From an uncultured Pseudomonadota bacterium (GTDB lineage: Bacteria > Pseudomonadota > Alphaproteobacteria > Rs-D84): a stretch of DNA of 64,000 nucleotides. Below the pieces are notes generated by a model. That model saw only the letters and a list, made by a program, of their open reading frames with translations, made no database searches and was not told the DNA's origin. Where the stretch lies: positions 144,642 through 208,641 of the forward strand of contig CACXXP010000001.1 in NCBI GenBank assembly GCA_902771695.1, given 5' to 3'. Both the position numbers and the translations under genes were made by a program. Of the stretch, positions 1 through 8,429 are shown in pieces; position 1 is the first letter of the stretch, and the number at the start of each line of letters is the position of its first letter.

Positions 1-1769
1 TGGATACGGTAAAAAAAGAAGCCGACGCCGAAGGTATATCTGTCGCCGAACATACGGCGCATATGGTTGTGCACGGCATTTTGCATTTGTTGGGGTATGA
101 TCACATAGAAGATAAAGATGCAGAAAAAATGGAAAACAAAGAAACAAATATCCTAAAAAAATTGGGGTATAAAAATCCATATGCCAATAAAGTTGATGTA
201 TGCATGGGACCGGAATGCTGCCCCGGGGGCAAGACAATTAGATGGGCAAAAAGATTTTTTGGTGGGGCATTTGGGCGGACATTATTATATATAATTTTTG
301 GCGCAATTTGTTCGTTGGGTTTTGCACCGTTTTATATGTGGTGGTGGACAGTTGTTGGAATTTGTGGTGCGTATTTATTAAGTGTGAAATGTTTGCCTGG
401 ACATACATGGCTGGGAAAATTTTTCCGTATATTTCCGTTTGGTGCGGTGTATGCAATTTCTATGTTTTGGTGGGTGTTGCACAGCATTTATGTTGTTCCA
501 GAATTGGCCCAGCAATTTGCGGTTTGGACAATTCCTGGGGTTATTGGTATTGGATTAATTGGCGGTCTAATTTTTGTGTGGCCATTTTTGGCAATTTCTT
601 CTGTACGGGCAAATCCGGCGTGCAGACCGTTTTTATTCGCAACTGTTTGGACTGTTGTTTTATGGTTTCGTGAATGGTTGTTGACAGGTTTCCCATGGAA
701 TCCGATTTCCAATATTGCAATTGAAAATGTATTTGTTGCGAACAGTATGTCACTTTATGGGGCGTTGGGATTGACATTTGTTATAACTGGGTTATGTGCA
801 GCATTTTCTGAAATTCTGAAAAATCGTCGTATTGTGATGAATTGGTTTTCGTTGTTATTGTTTGTTGGTATTGGGGCAATTGGTATAATATGTGGTGTAA
901 GAAATATCAACGCCAGTAATTGTGAAAATGATTTTCCTTTGATTCGTATTGTGCAACCGGGGCAAAGTGCCGCCCAGAAAGCAACACATTCACGAACGGC
1001 GGCAATACAAAATGCTAATTATAATATCGGACTGATGACATATATCGCATCCAGCGAAGGCGAGTATGATTTGGCGGTGTTCCCAGAAACCGCGTATCCG
1101 TTCGTTATGACAAATGGTGACATAATGTCTGTGGCGCGGTTATTGTCAAAACCAATTGTAATGGGAACAAATTATTATAAAGATGGCAATTTATATAATT
1201 CATTGATTGTTGCAGGACCAGATGGCGCGGTTTCTAATGTATACAGCAAATCTCACCTGGTACCATTTGGTGAATACAGACCGTTTGGAAATCTGATTCC
1301 AACGCCGGGACAATTGACACCTGGGGATGGACCTGAAATGATAAATATAAAAATTGCAGGTAAAGATTTTGTCTTTGCACCGGCTGTTTGTTATGAAATT
1401 ATCTTTTCTGATTCTTTGATACCAAACGGCAAAACCCCAGATGCCATTATAAATATAACAAATGATAATTGGTTCGGTAAAACCCCAGGAACGTATCAGC
1501 ATTTAGATATGGTCCGTCGTTATGCCATAGAATCAGGCGTCCCAGTTGTTCGTGCAAATTATTCGGGAATAAGCGCATTTATTGCACCAACCGGTAATAT
1601 CATTTCAGATTTATCGGTTGGAATTTCTGGGTATACAGATGGTTCGGTATGTGGCGCGCATAAAACACTTTATCGTGCATTGGGACGTGACATGTGGATG
1701 ATGATAATATTTATACTGTCATGCCTGTGTACAATTTGGATTTCAGAAGTTTCGCGTAAACGTGATTAG
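1..1769 (+). CDS. lnt: YbeY (rRNA maturation metalloprotein) C-terminal part fused in frame to apolipoprotein N-acyltransferase Lnt; 5' end lies outside the window
   Basis: The frame is open from the window edge. YbeY motif [15 protein letters not shown] is followed without a stop by TM helices with GFPWNP and Lnt triad motifs [25 protein letters not shown], plus NITNDNWFG. Confidence 0.88.
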   Translation, partial: DTVKKEADAEGISVAEHTAHMVVHGILHLLGYDHIEDKDAEKMENKETNILKKLGYKNPYANKVDVCMGPECCPGGKTIRWAKRFFGGAFGRTLLYIIFGAICSLGFAPFYMWWWTVVGICGAYLLSVKCLPGHTWLGKFFRIFPFGAVYAISMFWWVLHSIYVVPELAQQFAVWTIPGVIGIGLIGGLIFVWPFLAISSVRANPACRPFLFATVWTVVLWFREWLLTGFPWNPISNIAIENVFVANSMSLYGALGLTFVITGLCAAFSEILKNRRIVMNWFSLLLFVGIGAIGIICGVRNINASNCENDFPLIRIVQPGQSAAQKATHSRTAAIQNANYNIGLMTYIASSEGEYDLAVFPETAYPFVMTNGDIMSVARLLSKPIVMGTNYYKDGNLYNSLIVAGPDGAVSNVYSKSHLVPFGEYRPFGNLIPTPGQLTPGDGPEMINIKIAGKDFVFAPAVCYEIIFSDSLIPNGKTPDAIINITNDNWFGKTPGTYQHLDMVRRYAIESGVPVVRANYSGISAFIAPTGNIISDLSVGISGYTDGSVCGAHKTLYRALGRDMWMMIIFILSCLCTIWISEVSRKRD

Positions 1770-1772
1770 ATT

Positions 1773-1976
1773 TTAATGGTGAAAATATTTCAGAATCCAC
1801 ACGCGAATTGCAGACGATAAATTTACGTTTATTCCGCGTGCGGCGTCTATTTCGCAAATTATTTTCGCAACTGATGTATGACGCATATTTGCAATTTCTT
1901 GCAGTGCAGATATGAATTCGGGCTCAAGCGAAATGCTCGTTTGATGACCTGATAAAGATACGGAAATTTTTTTCAT
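1773..1976 (-). CDS. Ribbon-helix-helix (RHH_4-like) protein
   Basis: KKISVSLSGHQTSISLEPEF...NLSSAIRVWIL matches the alphaproteobacterial RHH_4 pattern. Confidence 0.8.
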   Translation of the reverse strand: MKKISVSLSGHQTSISLEPEFISALQEIANMRHTSVAKIICEIDAARGINVNLSSAIRVWILKYFHH

Positions 1977-1978
1977 AT

Positions 1979-2413
1979 TTATATTTTCCCACCCATTAAA
2001 CAATCCAACATTGCACGGTATGGATCATCATATTTACGCAAAATTCCCAATCGCAGATTATCTAGCATAACGCATGTTCCAAATGAATCAAATGCGAACC
2101 AAAATAAATCATTACGACCAAATATTGTCTTGCCCCGCAGGTGCGAAATATTTGTCAGTTCAGAATTTATTTGAAAAATACTTGGGGTCGGATATTTTGA
2201 TGAACGTGTAAATTCGTTCGGACCAAATATGTATCCTGTTCCCAATTTCATGCCACCATATTTTTGGTACAGATTTATCATATAATTTGGCAACATGGCT
2301 GCGCGTATTTGTTGCAGATTTATATTAGTTAAATTTATTTGGCCAACCGTCGCCGCTGGGGCAAATATGACATTGCGTTCGGACAGTTTAGTTAAAAATT
2401 CTTGTTCGTTCAT
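1979..2413 (-). CDS. Hypothetical protein, SMI1/KNR4 (SUKH)-like
   Basis: 144 aa. LPNYMINLYQKYGG followed by YIFG and IFG...WFAFD resembles the SUKH pattern. Confidence 0.5.
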   Translation of the reverse strand: MNEQEFLTKLSERNVIFAPAATVGQINLTNINLQQIRAAMLPNYMINLYQKYGGMKLGTGYIFGPNEFTRSSKYPTPSIFQINSELTNISHLRGKTIFGRNDLFWFAFDSFGTCVMLDNLRLGILRKYDDPYRAMLDCLMGGKI

Positions 2414-2429
2414 GTTGGTATTCCTTGGG

Positions 2430-2936
2430 TTATGGTTGGCGACGACTTGATGCGATATTTGCTGCCATTTGACTTAATCGGTCGGCAACCCCATTACCAC
2501 CATTTCCTGCAAGTGTAGAATGTATTGGCAAATATATTTTCTTTTCCGGGGCAGGTAACCATACTGTTTCATTTCCGGCCTGTTCAATAATGAATCTGTC
2601 AAGATTTTGTGACAGCGGAAATGTATTGCACATAAACAAATTATCTGTACTTAATTCGCCCCCCCATATCAATGGAATACGAAAACGGATAGATAAATTG
2701 TCTGGTAATTCGCGCCCGGTTAATAAACCCATAAATTCGTCGCGTCCCAGGTTCATCAGCGCAAGTTCTTGAACACAATCAGACAGTGATTTCATAAATG
2801 TATGACACAGTGCCTTGTATTGTTGAAACCAGTCGGCCGAAACGGAAACGGTGTGCGGATGTATCGGAATAACCGGCATATCCGACATTTTCATTTCTTG
2901 AAGACGTTTTTCGGCGGTCGCCTGATTCCATTGCAT
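2430..2936 (-). CDS. Hypothetical protein with degenerate HNH-like motif
   Basis: LPDNLSIRFRIPLIWGGELSTDNLFMC aligns by eye to HNH 'VHH.IPL..GG.N...NL' but has no His. Confidence 0.45.
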   Translation of the reverse strand: MQWNQATAEKRLQEMKMSDMPVIPIHPHTVSVSADWFQQYKALCHTFMKSLSDCVQELALMNLGRDEFMGLLTGRELPDNLSIRFRIPLIWGGELSTDNLFMCNTFPLSQNLDRFIIEQAGNETVWLPAPEKKIYLPIHSTLAGNGGNGVADRLSQMAANIASSRRQP

Positions 2937-3847
2937 TATTCTTTACCTATGTAATTTGCCACGGTACTTACATATGTAGATATAGCATCAAACAATTCTT
3001 TATCAAAATTATCAGGTTTGGTGTTTTTGTTTCCATTCATAAATTGTTTAAATTGTCCAATATCATTAAATGGTGAAATCATTTCGTGGTTTGAACTGGT
3101 GGTTGGTGAAATAATGCAACCACGCAGAGTAATATCATTTGCGCTGTCGCCCAGGGTGTCTTCAAATACGGTGGACAGTGTCTGAAACGCATCTATCATA
3201 TTTTCATAGGAATCATTGGATGTCACAATCCACAATACCTGGTTATATCCCAATGCCACCACAGGATTATTTAATTTACCGATACGTTTGCATGGTTTCA
3301 TTATAAATTCTGCGGATTCAAGTGTTGCTTTTATTTCATTAGCCAATGGATTTTCGCGTGGCCCGGGTGTACTTTGTGTTGGCATATTTACTCGCTGGGT
3401 CGGGGGCGTGAATTGTTGTTGCCGTAGCGATGGCATCGTTTGTGGTCTGGGTTGATGCATCGCACTTGATTGTACCGAAGACGGCGAACGTGGACGCATC
3501 CCGCCACCAACATTTGCGTAATTATTATATGTTTGTGGCGCAGGCGCAGGTTGATCCGGTGCAGACACCGGTGCATTTGCCGATTCGGTTGGCATTGGAA
3601 TTTTACGAAAACGTGGACGTACAATTGTATACAATCCAATCAGTCCAATACATAACGCGATAATCAGTGAAACATAAAATTCTGGTTTAATGTTTGCACG
3701 ATCTGCTTGGAGTCCCGACAGGTATTCCCAATGTGCCGCGGAAAAAATATCAAACCCGTACCGCGTATTCATCCAGAACGTCGTCGCCAACGCAACCGTC
3801 ATTAACCAAAGTAGTCCCAGTAAAAATTTATCAAAATTTCTTTTCAT
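2936..3847 (-). CDS. Hypothetical membrane protein (2 TM helices, Pro/Gln-rich linker, C-terminal globular domain)
   Basis: 303-aa ORF coupled to the next gene, with N-terminal hydrophobic segments. Confidence 0.7.
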   Translation of the reverse strand: MKRNFDKFLLGLLWLMTVALATTFWMNTRYGFDIFSAAHWEYLSGLQADRANIKPEFYVSLIIALCIGLIGLYTIVRPRFRKIPMPTESANAPVSAPDQPAPAPQTYNNYANVGGGMRPRSPSSVQSSAMHQPRPQTMPSLRQQQFTPPTQRVNMPTQSTPGPRENPLANEIKATLESAEFIMKPCKRIGKLNNPVVALGYNQVLWIVTSNDSYENMIDAFQTLSTVFEDTLGDSANDITLRGCIISPTTSSNHEMISPFNDIGQFKQFMNGNKNTKPDNFDKELFDAISTYVSTVANYIGKE

Positions 3848-3890
3848 TTTGCTTAAATTATATCACATTTATGATAAAGTAGAAAGTGTT

Positions 3891-4571
3891 ATGATTAAAA
3901 CAGATGTTCTTTTTGATTCAATAGATGATATTTCTTGTGCATGGGTTCCAAATGGCACAGATGTGCCGGAACTTGCGCGGATATCTGATTTGGTCATCGC
4001 AAAAAACATGCAATATTTGTCTTTGCCGGTTGGGGCGGTTGATACAGTTTGGCCTTGGGTGGAACAAAATTCGGTGAAAATTTTAACCCGTGTGAATTTT
4101 GCAAATGATGCAACAGGTGATGTTGCGATGTCGCAACTTGCCACCAATATAATGGATGCGTTTAGACACGGGGCATCCGGGGTTCAGGTTTTTGTTCATT
4201 ATGATGATATTACGGAATTTGTGGATATGATGTTGCCAATGCGGGATGATTTGTTCTTTGAACGGTATTTGTCGGTGGCAATGAATATCAAAGAAGTTCC
4301 AAACAACAAATGGCCAGAGGTGTTCGCGTTGCTGGATAAAATTCGTCCAAATTCAATTTTAATAATTGCGGATGGCGATTCGTTTAATCCAAAATCAGAT
4401 TTCTTGGGACGGATGTATGCGATGCTGGAACAATGGAATCAGAAATTTGCTTTGCATGTTATATTCGGCAAGAATATGATGCGGGTCAGCCAAACATTGC
4501 GTTTGGTACAAAAAATGCAACCGGGAATTTTGCCTGAATTTCGCGTGTTTATTATTGCAGACCCAGAATAA
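3891..4571 (+). CDS. Hypothetical protein, possible degenerate DeoC/aldolase-like TIM barrel
   Basis: Likely start ATG 3891. VKILTRVNF and AFRHGASGVQVFV resemble DeoC segments. Confidence 0.5.
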   Translation: MIKTDVLFDSIDDISCAWVPNGTDVPELARISDLVIAKNMQYLSLPVGAVDTVWPWVEQNSVKILTRVNFANDATGDVAMSQLATNIMDAFRHGASGVQVFVHYDDITEFVDMMLPMRDDLFFERYLSVAMNIKEVPNNKWPEVFALLDKIRPNSILIIADGDSFNPKSDFLGRMYAMLEQWNQKFALHVIFGKNMMRVSQTLRLVQKMQPGILPEFRVFIIADPE

Positions 4572-5181
4572 TATATTTGGGTTCTGATGTATGGGCCATA
4601 TTTTTTTGCTGGTATCGTGTTTGGATTGTTTCGTGTTGCGAATCGCAGGTTTTAAGATTTGTATTTTTTACTTGGTCTAAAATCCAATCATAATATTCCC
4701 AATGGTCTGTGCCGATAATGATTTTGCCGTTACTAGACAGGTTTTGCCCCAATAAATTCAGAAAATCAGCATTCAACAACCGGCGTTTTTCATGCCGGGC
4801 CTTGGGCCATGGATCAGGGTGCAGTATCCAAATTTGTGAAAAATTAAACCGCGTTTTATCAAACAATAATCTGACATCATCTGGCCAAATTCTTAGTTTT
4901 TTGTATTCTGGTAAAATATTGTCTTGTTCGTCACAAATGGCGGAAAGCAGGGCGGCAACGCCGTTTACAAAAGGTTCGGCACCGATAATAATCTGGTCTG
5001 GAAAATCATGTGCCAATTCACGCATATGTTCACCCGCGCCAAATCCAATTTCTAAAATGTCATTTTTTTCGGTGTATACGGGCGATATTGCCGGCAATAC
5101 TTTTTCAATCAGCCGTTCTTTGCGGGCAGACAATTTTTTGCCATGACGGCGACCAAATGTTCTTATTTCTTGTTTTTCCAT
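4552..5181 (-). CDS. trmB: tRNA (guanine-N7)-methyltransferase
   Basis: RTFGRRHGKKLS, LEIGFGAGEH, GAEPFVNG, HPDPWPKARHEKRRL, GTDH, TRYQQK. Confidence 0.95.
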   Translation of the reverse strand: MEKQEIRTFGRRHGKKLSARKERLIEKVLPAISPVYTEKNDILEIGFGAGEHMRELAHDFPDQIIIGAEPFVNGVAALLSAICDEQDNILPEYKKLRIWPDDVRLLFDKTRFNFSQIWILHPDPWPKARHEKRRLLNADFLNLLGQNLSSNGKIIIGTDHWEYYDWILDQVKNTNLKTCDSQHETIQTRYQQKNMAHTSEPKYIILGLQ

Positions 5182-5226
5182 ATATTTAGTATAAAATGCA
5201 AATATTAAAAACACAAGGATTTGATT

Positions 5227-6801
5227 ATGAGACAAGGTTTATCAGAAGATTTAATTGCACGTGTATTGGGTGCGGCACCGAAATATACTGTCGCAGAATT
5301 AGAAGAGAAATTTCCGCCACGTAATTTACCAGACGGGGCAATGGTGACACGTTTTGCCCCCAGTCCAACTGGATTCATGCATTTGGGTAATTTATACAGT
5401 GGGTTGATTGATTATAAATTGGCACAGCAATCAAATGGTGTTTTTATGTTGCGCATAGAAGATACGGATACCAAACGCGAAATCAAAGAAGCGGTTGGTA
5501 TAGTGATAGATTCTTTGGCAAAGTTTGGTATCACATATAATAACGATGAAACGTACGGACCATATTATCAATCAAAGCGGCGCGATATTTATCATTCTGT
5601 GGCGGCGGAATTGTTGCGTGATGGTCGTGCATATCCATGTTTTTTAACACAAGAAGAAATGGACGAAATTCGTGAGAATCAAAAGGCGGCTGGATTTGCC
5701 ACCGGTATTTATGGCGAATTTGCGCGTGACCGTGATATAAGTGCCGAAGAAATTATAAAACACCTTGATAATGGTGAAATTCCGACGATTCGTTTGTATT
5801 CAACTGGCGACCCAAATAAAAGAATTTTCTTTAAAGACACGGTTCGTGGTTCTATTTCTGTGCCAGAAAATAATGAAGATATTGTTTTGATTAAATCAAC
5901 AGACCGGTTGCCGACATATCATTTCGCACATTTGTGTGATGACCATTTTATGCGTGTGACACATGTTGTTCGTGGTGAAGAATATTTTGGAACGGTTGCA
6001 TTGCATATTCAGATGTTTCGTATGATGGGGTGGCAATTACCAAATTATATTCATACGGCTACTCTTGATAAAATAGATGAAGAAACAGGCAAACAACGCA
6101 AAATGTCCAAGCGCAAAGATCCAGAAAATAATGTCGCATTCTTTATGCAAGAGGGTTGGCCAACCGATGCGTTAATTGAATATTTGGGAAATATTTTGGC
6201 GCCTGGATACGAAGAAGCAAAATTGAAAGGTGCGGTAAAAAATTTCTGGGAATATGAAATGAAGCCCAAAAAAATTCCGATGTCAGGCGGTTTGTTTGAT
6301 ATGAAAAAATTGGAATGGTGGGCACGCGAATATATTGGCGCAATGTCGGTACCTGATTTGGTAAAATCTGTGACCAATTGGGCAAATGAATATGGTGACG
6401 AAAAACAAAAAATGCAGGTTGCAAATATTGATTATTTGACGGCTGTGCTTTCTATTGAACGCGATAATCCAAAACGTATACGTAAAGATTTTATAACTTG
6501 GAAACAGACATTGGAAATAGAAGAATTTTTCTGGGATGAATTGTTTGTTCCAAATGCGGAATATAAATTTAATAAAGATGTTTTAAAGGCATTTTTGGAA
6601 ACATTTGATATCGCTGATGATAAAGATACCTGGTGGAATAAATTGGTCGCGATTGCGTCAAAACTTGGTATCAAAAATGGTGATGTCGCAATGGATTTAC
6701 GTGTCGCATTATCTGGGCGGACAAACACCCCAGACCTGTATTCTATTATGCAGGTAATGGGCAGTGACCGTGTGATTAGAAGGGTGAAAAATGCAATTTA
6801 A
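5227..6801 (+). CDS. gltX: Glutamate--tRNA ligase
   Basis: TRFAPSPTGFMHLGN, LRIEDTD, PTYHFAH, VTHVVRGEE, KMSKR. Confidence 0.95.
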   Translation: MRQGLSEDLIARVLGAAPKYTVAELEEKFPPRNLPDGAMVTRFAPSPTGFMHLGNLYSGLIDYKLAQQSNGVFMLRIEDTDTKREIKEAVGIVIDSLAKFGITYNNDETYGPYYQSKRRDIYHSVAAELLRDGRAYPCFLTQEEMDEIRENQKAAGFATGIYGEFARDRDISAEEIIKHLDNGEIPTIRLYSTGDPNKRIFFKDTVRGSISVPENNEDIVLIKSTDRLPTYHFAHLCDDHFMRVTHVVRGEEYFGTVALHIQMFRMMGWQLPNYIHTATLDKIDEETGKQRKMSKRKDPENNVAFFMQEGWPTDALIEYLGNILAPGYEEAKLKGAVKNFWEYEMKPKKIPMSGGLFDMKKLEWWAREYIGAMSVPDLVKSVTNWANEYGDEKQKMQVANIDYLTAVLSIERDNPKRIRKDFITWKQTLEIEEFFWDELFVPNAEYKFNKDVLKAFLETFDIADDKDTWWNKLVAIASKLGIKNGDVAMDLRVALSGRTNTPDLYSIMQVMGSDRVIRRVKNAI

Positions 6802-7510
6802 ACCAAATTTTGATTTATTGCGTGATTGGGCATCGGCAGAAAAATCTCAAAATTTTGCAAGCAATTCCGCCTATGTCGCAATCTTTCGTAAAGATGATAA
6901 AACATTGGTTTATATGTGTGATAGGCATGGCGAAAATATATCCTTTAATATGGTTGATATGTGTTTCGCCGATGATTTTGGTGTTAAACCTGATGTATTG
7001 TTGACCGAGATAGAAAATACCGGATTTGAACGTAAATTTAATTGGCATGGATATCAAAGTAATACATTGGTCTATGCGGCGGAAATCGCCGCACAGCGAA
7101 ATATTCCGGTTGTGTTTTCTGACCTGTCTGATTCACAATATGTTGATGTCATAAATTGTGGTTTCCCAGATAACAAAATTACAACTATTGATTTAGATCG
7201 GGTGTTGTCCAGTGAACCAAATATGAACGGCAATCTGTCGCAACAAATGTCATCGTATCTTAATGTTATGGGGCGCGATAGATTTATGTTGCAGAATATC
7301 GCAGCGGCATTGAATCGGTATGATACGGTGTTCGCTATATTTGGTGTGGGGCATTATGAAAATCAGCGTCTTGTGTTAGAAGATATGTTGGGTAAACCAG
7401 AATATATAACACGAATAAAAAATATGCGTGGTGATTTTACAAATGTAAAAATAGAACCAATTAAACTGTGTGATTTTGAAGAGGAGGGGGTAAATGACAA
7501 AAACGCGTAA
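6791..7510 (+). CDS. Hypothetical protein, possibly TraB/GumN/TIKI-like
   Basis: C-terminal RDRFMLQNI...VFAIFGVGHY resembles the R..M...G.GH motif of that superfamily. Confidence 0.45.
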   Translation: MQFKPNFDLLRDWASAEKSQNFASNSAYVAIFRKDDKTLVYMCDRHGENISFNMVDMCFADDFGVKPDVLLTEIENTGFERKFNWHGYQSNTLVYAAEIAAQRNIPVVFSDLSDSQYVDVINCGFPDNKITTIDLDRVLSSEPNMNGNLSQQMSSYLNVMGRDRFMLQNIAAALNRYDTVFAIFGVGHYENQRLVLEDMLGKPEYITRIKNMRGDFTNVKIEPIKLCDFEEEGVNDKNA

Positions 7511-8240
7511 ACTAATCAGAACAAGATTAAAGCATGTGCGTCGTGATAAACATGCGTCTGCGTTGTTGCGGGTGTTGCGTGCAACAGGTTTGTTTCGGTG
7601 GGAACGTAAAAATACACATGGTGAAGAAGTATTAAATATTTTGACGCATGGCATAGGTATTGGATTGGCGTTGGCGGGACTTTCGTTATTGGTTGTATTT
7701 GCCGCACTGTATGGAAATGCATGGACGGTTGTGTCTTGTGCAATTTTTGGTGTGACAATGTTTACATTATATTTTGGGTCCACAATGTGTCATGCAACGA
7801 TTGGTAAAAAAAGTGAATGTTTTTTTGAGGTATGGGACAGTGTCGCCATATATGCGTTGATAGCCGGGACATACACGCCTTTTTTATTGGTAAATCTACG
7901 TGGGGCATTGGGGTGGACAGTGTTCGGTATTTTATGGGCAATTGTTATTTGGGGGGCAATTGTCAAAATTCGTAACCCACACCAGCAACCCAAATGGGTC
8001 GTTGCATTGTATTTAATTATGGGGTGGACGCTATTATTTATATTACCGGCAATGATACACCATATTCCGCCACGGGGACTGTGGTTTATTTTGGCGGGTG
8101 GTTTGTCATATACGATTGGGGTTATATTTTACCTGTGGCGGAAATTGAAATTTTCGCACGCGATATGGCATTTGTTCGTTATTGGTGGAACAGTATGTTT
8201 CTTTTTTGCGGTTCTATACGGTGCAATTCTTGATGTTTAG
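7494..8240 (+). CDS. Hemolysin III / PAQR family membrane protein (TrhA/YqfA-like)
   Basis: EEVLNILTHGIG, STMCHA, IYALIAGTYTPF, HAIWHLFV. Confidence 0.92.
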   Translation: MTKTRKLIRTRLKHVRRDKHASALLRVLRATGLFRWERKNTHGEEVLNILTHGIGIGLALAGLSLLVVFAALYGNAWTVVSCAIFGVTMFTLYFGSTMCHATIGKKSECFFEVWDSVAIYALIAGTYTPFLLVNLRGALGWTVFGILWAIVIWGAIVKIRNPHQQPKWVVALYLIMGWTLLFILPAMIHHIPPRGLWFILAGGLSYTIGVIFYLWRKLKFSHAIWHLFVIGGTVCFFFAVLYGAILDV

Positions 8241-8247
8241 CAAACAG

Positions 8248-8276
8248 TTGACATTTGCATTTCATAGTAATATAAT
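8248..8276 (+). promoter_or_regulatory. Perfect sigma70 consensus promoter upstream of the thrS leader
   Basis: TTGACA (8248-8253), 17 nt, TATAAT (8271-8276). Confidence 0.85.
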
Positions 8277-8285
8277 GCATTTGTT

Positions 8286-8348
8286 ATGAAGCATTTTATG
8301 TTTATTTTCACAACTGCTACAACTACAACCCCGTTTGGGGTGCGGTAA
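8286..8348 (+). CDS. Putative thrS leader peptide MKHFMFIFTTATTTTPFGVR
   Basis: 20-codon ORF with 6 Thr codons in 7 positions, between the promoter and thrS, followed by a weak hairpin and T7 run. Confidence 0.75.
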   Translation: MKHFMFIFTTATTTTPFGVR

Positions 8349-8429
8349 TTTCTATTTGCGTTTTTTATGGCGCGTTATATAATCAAACAGTTAAAAAAAA
8401 TTAACACAAAAACACTAGAGGTTTTTATT

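Noticed and set aside
7494-8240. Hemolysin as a virulence factor
   Set aside because: The HlyIII/PAQR family is a widespread membrane-homeostasis family; the name does not imply toxin function.
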